From: a bacterium
GTDB lineage: Bacteria; Hydrothermota; 32-111
Direction of reading: 5' to 3'
Length of the DNA: 42,743 nucleotides
Assembly: GCA_050239825.1 (NCBI GenBank)
Contig: JBFXGO010000020.1
Span: 1-42,743 of the forward strand
Positions 20,652 through 28,432 of the stretch are shown in pieces. Below the pieces are notes generated by a model, which saw nothing but the letters and a program-made list of their open reading frames with translations, was not told the origin of the DNA and did no database searches. Position 1 is the first letter of the stretch. Each line of letters opens with the position of its first letter. Both the position numbers and the translations under genes were made by a program.

Positions 20652-20670
20652 CCAGCTCAATCTTCAATTA

Positions 20671-20763
20671 TCAATTAACAATAAACTGATAGACCCTTCA
20701 CGATAGTCATAACCACAGAGGCGTTCAGGGTGACACTGCTGAATAAGATTTTGTCTTTACAGT
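20671..20763. repeat. Module C copy 1 (93 nt)
   Basis: Three mismatches to 21327-21419; core AGACCCTTCACG...GTTCAGGGTGACA at 20691-20735. Confidence 0.92.
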
Positions 20764-20835
20764 AATCTTCACAAAGTTCTGGTGCAACCCGATAACTCTA
20801 TCATGTGCGTTCGCACACATTCCACCCTCGCCAAT

Positions 20836-20864
20836 GTGGGGACATTCCTTCGGTGTGTCCCCAC
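20836..20864. repeat. REP-like palindrome within unique segment D
   Basis: GTGGGGACA-11 nt containing CTTCGG-TGTCCCCAC, 9-bp perfect stem. Confidence 0.7.
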
Positions 20865-20884
20865 TGCAATAGGCAATTAATTAA

Positions 20885-21025
20885 CTTATAGAAAGTGAAA
20901 GCTCAAAGTCGGCGAGGACGCTCCGCGAAGACGCCAATCAAGTGGTTGTCTCCTTGCTCCGCTAACCCATCTTGATAAAGCGGCGAAGCGGAGTGTGTGA
21001 GCCGACGCTACACCCGCCAGCAGCC
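20885..21025. repeat. Module B copy 2
   Basis: Hairpin 20908-21006, six substitutions versus copy 1 in the 99-nt core. Confidence 0.93.
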
Positions 21026-21031
21026 ACTAAA

Positions 21032-21171
21032 TCAGCCTTGAGCCGTGAGCCTTGTGCCGTGAGCTTAATACGGGGAGCTGATTAAATGACTTGGCTTTAC
21101 AGTTCCGAGGAAAAATTCCAGTGCATCTCCGCACTGCTATTCAATGTTTTTCCGAGGACAAGCAAGTCAAT
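21032..21171. repeat. Module A copy 2
   Basis: 662 nt downstream of copy 1; single G/A difference (20481 versus 21143). Confidence 0.93.
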
Positions 21172-21173
21172 AA

Positions 21174-21314
21174 CTTATTGAAAGTGAAAGCTCAAAGTCG
21201 GCGAGGACGCTCCGCGAAGACGCCCATCAAGTGGGCGACCCCTTGCTCCGCTAACCCATCTTGATAAAGCGGCAAAGCGGAGTGTGCGAGCCGACGCTAC
21301 GCCCGTCAGTAGCC
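21174..21314. repeat. Module B copy 3
   Basis: Hairpin 21197-21295, seven substitutions versus each other copy in the core. Confidence 0.93.
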
Positions 21315-21326
21315 TATAAACAAACT

Positions 21327-21419
21327 TCAATTAACAATAAACTGATAGACCCTTCACGATAGTCATAACCACAGAGGCGTTCAGGGTGACACGGTTGAGT
21401 AAGATTTTGTCTTTACAGT
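21327..21419. repeat. Module C copy 2
   Basis: Matches 20671-20763; ends 13 nt from the stop of the asparagine-synthetase-like gene. Confidence 0.92.
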
Positions 21420-21432
21420 TTTGCTGAACAGT

Positions 21433-23145
21433 TCATTTGATCAGGTGCTTCACTCCTGAAAGCAGTGTCAATACCTGAGTCTTCTCCTTGAGAGTTCCTT
21501 TTTTATACAGATACTCTGCGTCGCTCTTTATTCCTTTATCAATAAGGTGCAGATTTGTATTGTAATAATTGTCAAGTTCAGTCATCAGGACATTGTTTCT
21601 CTTCATCCATTTTTCCCACGGATTTTTTGACGGCCTGTATCCCAAAAACATCGTAGCTATCCTCTTGCCTGCTTTCCTTGCGAATATCTCTGCTTTTGTA
21701 GATGAGAGTTTAGCCCCAGCTATGTGTTCCCACCTGTAATCATTCACATGAGGTGTCTTTTTGAGAGCCCATTTTACATATATACCCGCATTGAATTTCA
21801 GTTTGGGGTCTATCCTCATTATATATTCAAGAGGAAGCGGATGAATGGACGGAGATGCAAATTCAGTAAATTGCTGAATCTGCATGAATGCATTGTACAT
21901 TCCGTTCACGCACTTTTCATAGAATGCCATCTGCTCCATTGTTTCGTATTTTTCACATAGAGGCCTCAGCATTGGAATCGCCCTCTCATACAATTTTGTC
22001 GAGTAAAATATTATCTTCAGCCTCTCCGGCGTCGGCTTGTCGTGATACGGAAACTGAAGGGATGTATAGAGCACCTCATTTCCAGCCACTCCTGTGTGCA
22101 TGAGACCATAACCTTTGAGATTAAGTCTCGAAATCATGGAATACATATATGATGAACCGCTGTAAAATACAAGAGAATCATTCGCTCTGCTTGAGCTTTC
22201 AATATCCCTGAGGTATGTGCCGTTATTGAGAGAATAAAACATATATTCGTCTTTCATATCTGCAGCTATCTTTTTCGATATTGTCTCATCAAGGTAATTG
22301 TTTTCAGAGAAACAAATGCTTAAGAAATCCTTGAATCCGAGTCTGTGCGCATTGAGCACATTCATTCTTGAATCAAGGCCTCCTGAGAGTGTAGAAATAT
22401 GCCTGTATGAATATTCAAGATCCTTCTCATACTCTGCCTTTATCGCTTGTATGTAAAGATTGTCAAGCTCCTCTATTATTGCATCCTCTGATTTTTGTAT
22501 GACAGGATAAGATGAGATTTTGAAATATTTTTCCTCTATGATATTATTCCCGTCATAAGAGAGAATTGTTCCGGGTTCAATTTTCCCGACTCCTTCAATG
22601 AGGGTGACATCTCCTATCATATATCCTATTGAGAGCATGCAGTTGGCTCCATTCTCATCCAATTTGACAGATATGCCGTTTTTCCTCATCATCTCTGCAA
22701 CAGCTTCAACAGTATTTGCAAACAAAAGAATGGATTTTTCTTTGCTTAAATAATAGAACATCTGCTTTGCGCCGTTCTGGCATGTGAAGAGAGTTATTCT
22801 GTCGGATGATTTGTCATAGACAAATCCTGAGAAGTTCCCGTGCATTGATGAAGGAAATGACTTTACGGAAGTTTTGAAATTCTTCTTTATAAGCTCAAAC
22901 ATTGAATTTACAGAGGATTGCTTTTTTAAAACATTTGAATTGAATACAATACCTTCACATCCTATCATAAACTCTTCGTCTTCAAAGAATACCTTATCAT
23001 TCAAAAACTGATTGAGAGTATTTCTTCCTGCAAAGCCGCGCCCCATATTCTTCATCTCATTGATTTTCAAATGGTCATTTGAAAATTGCGCAAAATCCTG
23101 CGCAATTTGAATCTGTTTTGAATAACATCCGTACAATCCTATCAT
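21433..23145 (-). CDS. Asparagine synthetase (AsnB)-like ATP pyrophosphatase-domain protein
   Basis: PP-loop LSGGLDSR, TG..GNE motif, GATase-like N-domain (HGNFSGFVYD, KIEPG); N-terminus MIGLYG lacks Cys2. Confidence 0.75.
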   Translation of the reverse strand: MIGLYGCYSKQIQIAQDFAQFSNDHLKINEMKNMGRGFAGRNTLNQFLNDKVFFEDEEFMIGCEGIVFNSNVLKKQSSVNSMFELIKKNFKTSVKSFPSSMHGNFSGFVYDKSSDRITLFTCQNGAKQMFYYLSKEKSILLFANTVEAVAEMMRKNGISVKLDENGANCMLSIGYMIGDVTLIEGVGKIEPGTILSYDGNNIIEEKYFKISSYPVIQKSEDAIIEELDNLYIQAIKAEYEKDLEYSYRHISTLSGGLDSRMNVLNAHRLGFKDFLSICFSENNYLDETISKKIAADMKDEYMFYSLNNGTYLRDIESSSRANDSLVFYSGSSYMYSMISRLNLKGYGLMHTGVAGNEVLYTSLQFPYHDKPTPERLKIIFYSTKLYERAIPMLRPLCEKYETMEQMAFYEKCVNGMYNAFMQIQQFTEFASPSIHPLPLEYIMRIDPKLKFNAGIYVKWALKKTPHVNDYRWEHIAGAKLSSTKAEIFARKAGKRIATMFLGYRPSKNPWEKWMKRNNVLMTELDNYYNTNLHLIDKGIKSDAEYLYKKGTLKEKTQVLTLLSGVKHLIK

Positions 23146-24032
23146 ACATTCTCCTCCATTTTAATATCTCTCGTAATATTCATAAGATAATTTTTGTAAT
23201 CACTCTCAGGATATCCACTGACCAATTTTCTATATTTCGGATAAGTTAAAAATCCCATTCTCAATGAAACCTCTTCTATGCATCCCACCTTCAATGACTG
23301 GCGCGACTCAATTGTTCCTATAAAGTTTGAAGCATCAAGCAGTGATTCAGGAGTGCCTGTATCAAGCCATGCGAAACCCCTTCCGAGCTTTACCACTTGA
23401 AGCGCTCTTTTTTTCAGATAAACATTATTCACATCGCTGATTTCGAGTTCTCCTCTATTTGACGGTTTTAGAGACATTGCAATCTTCGGCGAGTTCGAAT
23501 CATAAATGTATAGCCCCACAACAGCGTAATTGGATATATGATTCTTCGGTTTTTCAATAATCTTCTTTGCATTATCCTTTCCGTCAAACTCTATTATTCC
23601 GTATCTTTCAGGATCTTTGACATGGTAAGCGAATATTGTGGCATTTTCATTCTTCTCCTTTGCCCTTCTGATTTCAGTAAAATCTCCGTAAAAAATATTG
23701 TCTCCGAGTATGAGCATTACATTCTCTTTTTTTATAAAATCTTTTCCGATTATGAGAGCTTCAGCTATTCCCTTCGGCTCCTTCTGCTCAGCGTATTTTA
23801 TATCAAGGCCTATGTGCTTTCCGTCTTTGAAGAGAAGTTTGTACCATTTCAGCATTTCAGGAGTTGAAATAATCAGGACTTCCCTCACTCCGGCAAGCAT
23901 AAGAGTCGACAGCGGGTAATAAATCATCGGCTTGTCATAAACAGCAAGAAGCTGTTTTGAATAAATCGAAGTCAACGGATATAGCCTGCTTCCGCTTCCT
24001 CCGGCGAGAATTATTCCCTTAGTGTTCTTCAT
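23142..24032 (-). CDS. rfbA: Glucose-1-phosphate thymidylyltransferase (RmlA)
   Basis: GIILAGGSGSRLYP, SKQLL.VYDKPMIYYP, RGELEI, AWLDTGT. Confidence 0.96.
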   Translation of the reverse strand: MKNTKGIILAGGSGSRLYPLTSIYSKQLLAVYDKPMIYYPLSTLMLAGVREVLIISTPEMLKWYKLLFKDGKHIGLDIKYAEQKEPKGIAEALIIGKDFIKKENVMLILGDNIFYGDFTEIRRAKEKNENATIFAYHVKDPERYGIIEFDGKDNAKKIIEKPKNHISNYAVVGLYIYDSNSPKIAMSLKPSNRGELEISDVNNVYLKKRALQVVKLGRGFAWLDTGTPESLLDASNFIGTIESRQSLKVGCIEEVSLRMGFLTYPKYRKLVSGYPESDYKNYLMNITRDIKMEENV

Positions 24033-25057
24033 TTGACTGCCTTTGGTTTATAGTTCTTTTCATAATATTCCCTGTATTCGCCTGTGATGCAGTGCTCTAC
24101 CCATTTTTCATTTGACATGTACCATTCTATTGTATTTTTAAGCGATTTTGAAAACTCATGCTTAGGGAAAAATGCCAGTTCTCTCTCTGCTTTTGAGGAA
24201 TCAATAGCATACCTTCTGTCATGGCCCGGCCTGTCATTTACAAATTCAATGAGTTTTTCGCTCTTTCCGAGAATACTCAATATTTCCTTAATCAAGCTAA
24301 TATTTGTTTTTTCGTTTCTGCTTCCGAGATTGTAAATCTCATTCTTTCCGCCTTTTTCAAATGCCAGCAGTATTCCCCTCGAATGGTCTTCAACATGTAT
24401 CCAATCCCGGATATTCATGCCGTCTCCGTAAACAGGAAGCTTCTCTTCGCGCATCGCTCTATATATAATCAGCGGTATGAGTTTTTCAGGGAACTGATAA
24501 GGTCCGTAGTTATTTGAGCATCTCGTTATTATGACATTCTGACCGTATGTGCGGCTGAATGCCAAAACAAGCATATCCGCCGCCGCCTTTGAAGCGGCAT
24601 AGGGAGAGTTGGGTTTTACGGGAGACTCCTCTGTGAAGGCAGGTTGTAAAGAGTTTTCAAGTTCGCCGTAAACCTCGTCCGTAGAAACCTGATGAAATCT
24701 TTCGATTTTCTTCATTTGAGAAATCTGAAGAAGATTCAGAGTTCCCTTCACATTCGTGTCAATGAAAACGCCCGGGTCCAAGATTGACCTGTCCACATGG
24801 CTCTCTGCGGCAAAATTTATTATGCCATCAAACTCATTCTCGTCAAACACCCGCCCAAGAAGCTCTTTATTGCAGATGTCGCAAAGTATGAACTTGTGCC
24901 TTAAGCCGTCAATAGTTCCTTCAAGATTTTCAAGATTGCCTGCGTATGTCAGAGCATCAACATTCACTATGTCATAATCCGTATTTTCAAGAATATAGCG
25001 TATAAAATTAGACCCTATAAATCCGGCTCCGCCCGTTACTAAGATTTTTCTTTTCAT
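24029..25057 (-). CDS. rfbB: dTDP-glucose 4,6-dehydratase (RmlB)
   Basis: VTGGAGFIGSNF, AAESHVDRSI, STDEVYG, YAASK, NNYGPYQFPEKLIP, DRPGHD; start moved to MKRKILV. Confidence 0.96.
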   Translation of the reverse strand: MKRKILVTGGAGFIGSNFIRYILENTDYDIVNVDALTYAGNLENLEGTIDGLRHKFILCDICNKELLGRVFDENEFDGIINFAAESHVDRSILDPGVFIDTNVKGTLNLLQISQMKKIERFHQVSTDEVYGELENSLQPAFTEESPVKPNSPYAASKAAADMLVLAFSRTYGQNVIITRCSNNYGPYQFPEKLIPLIIYRAMREEKLPVYGDGMNIRDWIHVEDHSRGILLAFEKGGKNEIYNLGSRNEKTNISLIKEILSILGKSEKLIEFVNDRPGHDRRYAIDSSKAERELAFFPKHEFSKSLKNTIEWYMSNEKWVEHCITGEYREYYEKNYKPKAVK

Positions 25058-25112
25058 TGCCTTAACTTCCTTTTTTAGGATATTATCAGTTAAATGCTTT
25101 TTAGTCAATAAA

Positions 25113-26600
25113 CTACTTTTTTTCGTAGATGTATATTGTGCCGTACCCCTTTGTCTTCAATGAATCGATTATTGTTAATTTCTCTTCCGCATAGCGCAGA
25201 GCTCTGTAGTAAAATCTTTCAAAGTCCTCTACGGATTCTTTCTTCTCCTTCCTCCCGCTTGTACCGGTTTCTTTCGAGATGGCTGAGCTTGAAAGCACAG
25301 CATAGTCAATTTCGTCTGCAGAAAAAATCGAGTCCAGATCTCCCTTAGGTGTGAGCTTATAAATTGTGTAGTCATTGTAAAGAATGTTGTTCTTGAGAGG
25401 AAAATAGTAATTGATGTGGGACAGCACGACTTTCCCATCCTTGACATTCTCATCTATGAAACTCTCGACAACCGAGTAGGAGGTATTGTCTCTGTCTCTA
25501 TAAATAACATAACCGACTGCGGCGAGATTGTTTAGAATGTATGCCGCGCCTACAAAAACCAGCAGTTTTCTTGGCTTCGTTTTTGCTCCAGAAGAGTCAA
25601 TCATCAAGGAAAATAAAATTGAAGAGTAAAGAATTATCGAAATGAAGCCCCTTGACACTATTCTTTCAAGAAACACCAGAGAAAAGAAAAAGAAAGCTCC
25701 TCCGAGAAGCGACAGGATGATTCCGTTTTTGTTTTTTCTCAAGAAAAGGATACCGCACAAAAAAATCAGAGTTTCAAATAAAAGCACATAAATTCTCTTT
25801 AATCCAAGAGCATATTCGGAAATGAGATTTTTTGCTTTAAGAATCAAATTGCCCAAAAGAGTCCCTTCGTAAACTGAAAGTCTCCTTCCGTAATAAAGAT
25901 AAAAGTCATAAAGAGTCATATCCTTCACCAGATAGAGAAAGAGAAGGAACAAGAGACCCGTAAAAGCCACGCCTGCCGCAAAAAGCAAAAAGGGAGCGGG
26001 CTTCCTTCTCTTGAAAGAAATTGCCGCAAGCAGTATTCCCATGGCTACCGCGAACATTGTCTCATCCGGATGGCATAAAGCGGCAAAGGTTATCAAAGAA
26101 CCGGATAAAATAAAATAAAGATTATTCTTATTTATTCCCTTAAGCAGAAACAAGAGTGAAAGTGATGAGAAGATTATCTTGACGGATTCCGGACGCACTG
26201 TCCTGAATGCGATATATACAGTTGAAGAGAGTACAAACAATGCATAAAACGACGCGGTTCCTACTGCCGACACTTTCAGTTCCTTGAGTATGAAATACAC
26301 AATCAGAAGAAGCAAAACTCCGCAAATAACAGAGAAGAGACGAGCCGTGAAAAGAGAACCGCCGAAAAGCTTCATGAAAGAACCCAGAAGGAGAGGATAA
26401 CCGAAAATCACATCTCCGCCGTACATACCGACTACATTTTCATTTGTAAATCCCCTTCCCTGTGAAAAGTTATACGCTGTTCCTCCGTACCATGGCTCAT
26501 CCACCCACACCTTTGATATAGCTGTAAGGTACGGCAACTGCAGAAAAAGGAAAACAATTATGGCGGCAAATAAAATCAAAATTCTTTTATTTTCTTTCAC
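25113..26600 (-). CDS. Membrane glycosyltransferase, GT-C fold (ArnT/PMT-like)
   Basis: WVDEPWY acidic dyad after TM1, ARLFS, RPE motifs, many TM segments; GTG start. Confidence 0.75.
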   Translation of the reverse strand: MKENKRILILFAAIIVFLFLQLPYLTAISKVWVDEPWYGGTAYNFSQGRGFTNENVVGMYGGDVIFGYPLLLGSFMKLFGGSLFTARLFSVICGVLLLLIVYFILKELKVSAVGTASFYALFVLSSTVYIAFRTVRPESVKIIFSSLSLLFLLKGINKNNLYFILSGSLITFAALCHPDETMFAVAMGILLAAISFKRRKPAPFLLFAAGVAFTGLLFLLFLYLVKDMTLYDFYLYYGRRLSVYEGTLLGNLILKAKNLISEYALGLKRIYVLLFETLIFLCGILFLRKNKNGIILSLLGGAFFFFSLVFLERIVSRGFISIILYSSILFSLMIDSSGAKTKPRKLLVFVGAAYILNNLAAVGYVIYRDRDNTSYSVVESFIDENVKDGKVVLSHINYYFPLKNNILYNDYTIYKLTPKGDLDSIFSADEIDYAVLSSSAISKETGTSGRKEKKESVEDFERFYYRALRYAEEKLTIIDSLKTKGYGTIYIYEKK

Positions 26601-26613
26601 TCTCTCTCCTTTT

Positions 26614-27297
26614 TTAATTCAGACCGTCAAACAGAACTCTTCCCAAACGGAGCATATTTGAATGATTTTTCAGAGCCAGTTTATAATCATCCGACATACC
26701 CATTGAGAGTATTTCACAATTCATGAATTCTTTCTTTATCTCCGAATATGCCTCATACGCCGCGATAAATGACTTTTCAATCACTTCTTCATCTCCCGCA
26801 TGCGCTCCTATTGTCATTATGCCTTTCAGCACTATGTTTTTCAGTTTTGATATTCTTCTCCATCCATTTAAGGCATCGTCCGGATAAAAACCTGCTTTCT
26901 GCTCTTCAAATGATGAGTTTACCTGCATAAGGGCGTCAATTTTCCTTCCTTCTTTTCCAAAAGATTCATCGACTGCAGATGCAATATCAAACGAATCCAA
27001 TGACTGTATCATCGAGCAGTTTTTTAAAATATACTTTATTTTATTTTTTTGGAGTCTGCCTATGAAGTGAAGACAGACATTTTCCCTTGAATAAAAATCC
27101 GATTTATCCCTGACCTCCTGAGCTTTATTCTCTCCGAAAATTCTCAACCCGGCATTGAAGCCCGCATTTAGAATCTCAATGGGCTGATTTTTGGAGACTG
27201 CTATTATTTCAACTCTTCTGCCAGTGAAAGCGGTTATTTCCGAATCAATTCTCTTCAATCTTTCTCTTAATTCAGATGCGATATTATTTGTTTCCAT
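26614..27297 (-). CDS. yggS: PLP homeostasis protein, YggS family
   Basis: IAVSK, FGENKAQE, HFIGRLQKNK, SMGMSDD motifs. Confidence 0.95.
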   Translation of the reverse strand: METNNIASELRERLKRIDSEITAFTGRRVEIIAVSKNQPIEILNAGFNAGLRIFGENKAQEVRDKSDFYSRENVCLHFIGRLQKNKIKYILKNCSMIQSLDSFDIASAVDESFGKEGRKIDALMQVNSSFEEQKAGFYPDDALNGWRRISKLKNIVLKGIMTIGAHAGDEEVIEKSFIAAYEAYSEIKKEFMNCEILSMGMSDDYKLALKNHSNMLRLGRVLFDGLN

Positions 27298-28427
27298 TAT
27301 TTATAAATTGCGCTACCTATATAAGAATAGGAGCCTCTTTTCTCATAGATTGACTGATTGGAGAAAAGGCAGAATCCCATAACAGGGTATCTGGAAAGCG
27401 CTTCATAATTGGCTTTGACATTCAGCACAGTCTGGTTGTATGTTCCGAGCCCTATCACGACATTTTCAAGGGTAGTCTTTGAGTTTATCTTTTCAATCTG
27501 CTTTTTTAATACATTAAGAGAGGGAGAATATGCCATCACAGCGACAAAATCAATGTATCCTCCCGAGAGCCATTCCCACCAGTTCTGATAATAATTCACC
27601 TCAGCAATTTCAACATCCGCTATTACAGCCGAAGAGAGCTGAATGTTGGGGTTTGCGAGTTTGACATCATTGTAAATGTTTCTGATAAGCTCGTTAAGCT
27701 TCTCCTTTGGAAGTCTAAGCCAAAGGTTTTTCAGAAGATTCGCTCCGTTTTTGCCGAATATCTTTTCTGTGGAAGGATTACTCAGCTCCTCATAATTTAT
27801 CTGGCATTTGCGAAGAAAATCCGATTTGAGATTATTGTCATAAATGAATTCTCTTCCGGGAAACCTTGTATAATCAAGATGAATTCCATCAACATTGTAT
27901 TTTGAAATTATCTCCTGAATGATAAAAATGATATAGTCATATACTATTTCAGAGGATGGAGAGACATAGATTCCTTCAATGTTTCTCGTCTTTAGTCTGT
28001 CAATGGAATAATCAAGCAATGATGTGTTTTTATCATCGACTATAACACTCTCCGGATACCTGTTCACTATGTGCATTTTGTCATCAGTCATCTCCTGTCT
28101 GTCCCACATATACAAGAGGTTTACCCATGCGTGAACTCTTATGCCTTTCTCATGGGCGCATGTGACAAAAACATCGAGAGGGTCAAAATCCGTATACTTC
28201 TTAGGTGCGATTTTTGAATCAAAGTAAGCTGTTCCAGAGCCATAGACCTGAACAAATGCGTCGGTGACATTCGCTTTTTCAAGAGAATCAAGCATCTCTT
28301 CTATATGAGGCTGGGAATAAATATCCCATCTGGTTATCCAGACTCCCTTGATGGTTGTAGAATGTGCGTATAAGGGAAGAATAAATATCAAAAAAGCCCA
28401 TAAAAATGGGCTTTTTATCTTATTCAT
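27297..28427 (-). CDS. Exported glycosyl hydrolase-like 10 (GHL10, YddW/DigH-like) protein
   Basis: Signal peptide; KGVWITRW, FDPL, VHAWVN, VDGIHLDYTRFP, QNW..W, MAY motifs. Confidence 0.82.
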   Translation of the reverse strand: MNKIKSPFLWAFLIFILPLYAHSTTIKGVWITRWDIYSQPHIEEMLDSLEKANVTDAFVQVYGSGTAYFDSKIAPKKYTDFDPLDVFVTCAHEKGIRVHAWVNLLYMWDRQEMTDDKMHIVNRYPESVIVDDKNTSLLDYSIDRLKTRNIEGIYVSPSSEIVYDYIIFIIQEIISKYNVDGIHLDYTRFPGREFIYDNNLKSDFLRKCQINYEELSNPSTEKIFGKNGANLLKNLWLRLPKEKLNELIRNIYNDVKLANPNIQLSSAVIADVEIAEVNYYQNWWEWLSGGYIDFVAVMAYSPSLNVLKKQIEKINSKTTLENVVIGLGTYNQTVLNVKANYEALSRYPVMGFCLFSNQSIYEKRGSYSYIGSAIYK

Positions 28428-28432
28428 TTTTA

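Larger units (their letters stand above)
20343..21419. repeat. Mosaic array of structured non-coding repeats, order b'-A-B-C-D-B-A-B-C
   Basis: Direct repeats aligned by eye: A twice, B three times plus a 20-nt tail remnant at 20343-20362, C twice, D once. Confidence 0.95.

Noticed and set aside
20284..20678. Track ORFs 20284-20508 (-) and 20424-20678 (+)
   Set aside because: They lie within the repeat modules, have no recognisable motif or convincing RBS, and the minus ORF overlaps the predicted tRNA promoter
20343..21419. CRISPR array or integron attC array
   Set aside because: Units are 93-141 nt with no regular repeat-spacer period, no cas or intI gene is present, and no RYYYAAC...GTTRRRY boundaries or cassette ORFs were found
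20175..21433. Prophage or genomic island integrated at tRNA-Pro
   Set aside because: No integrase and no duplicated tRNA end; the array lies 5' of the tRNA rather than at the usual 3' attachment side
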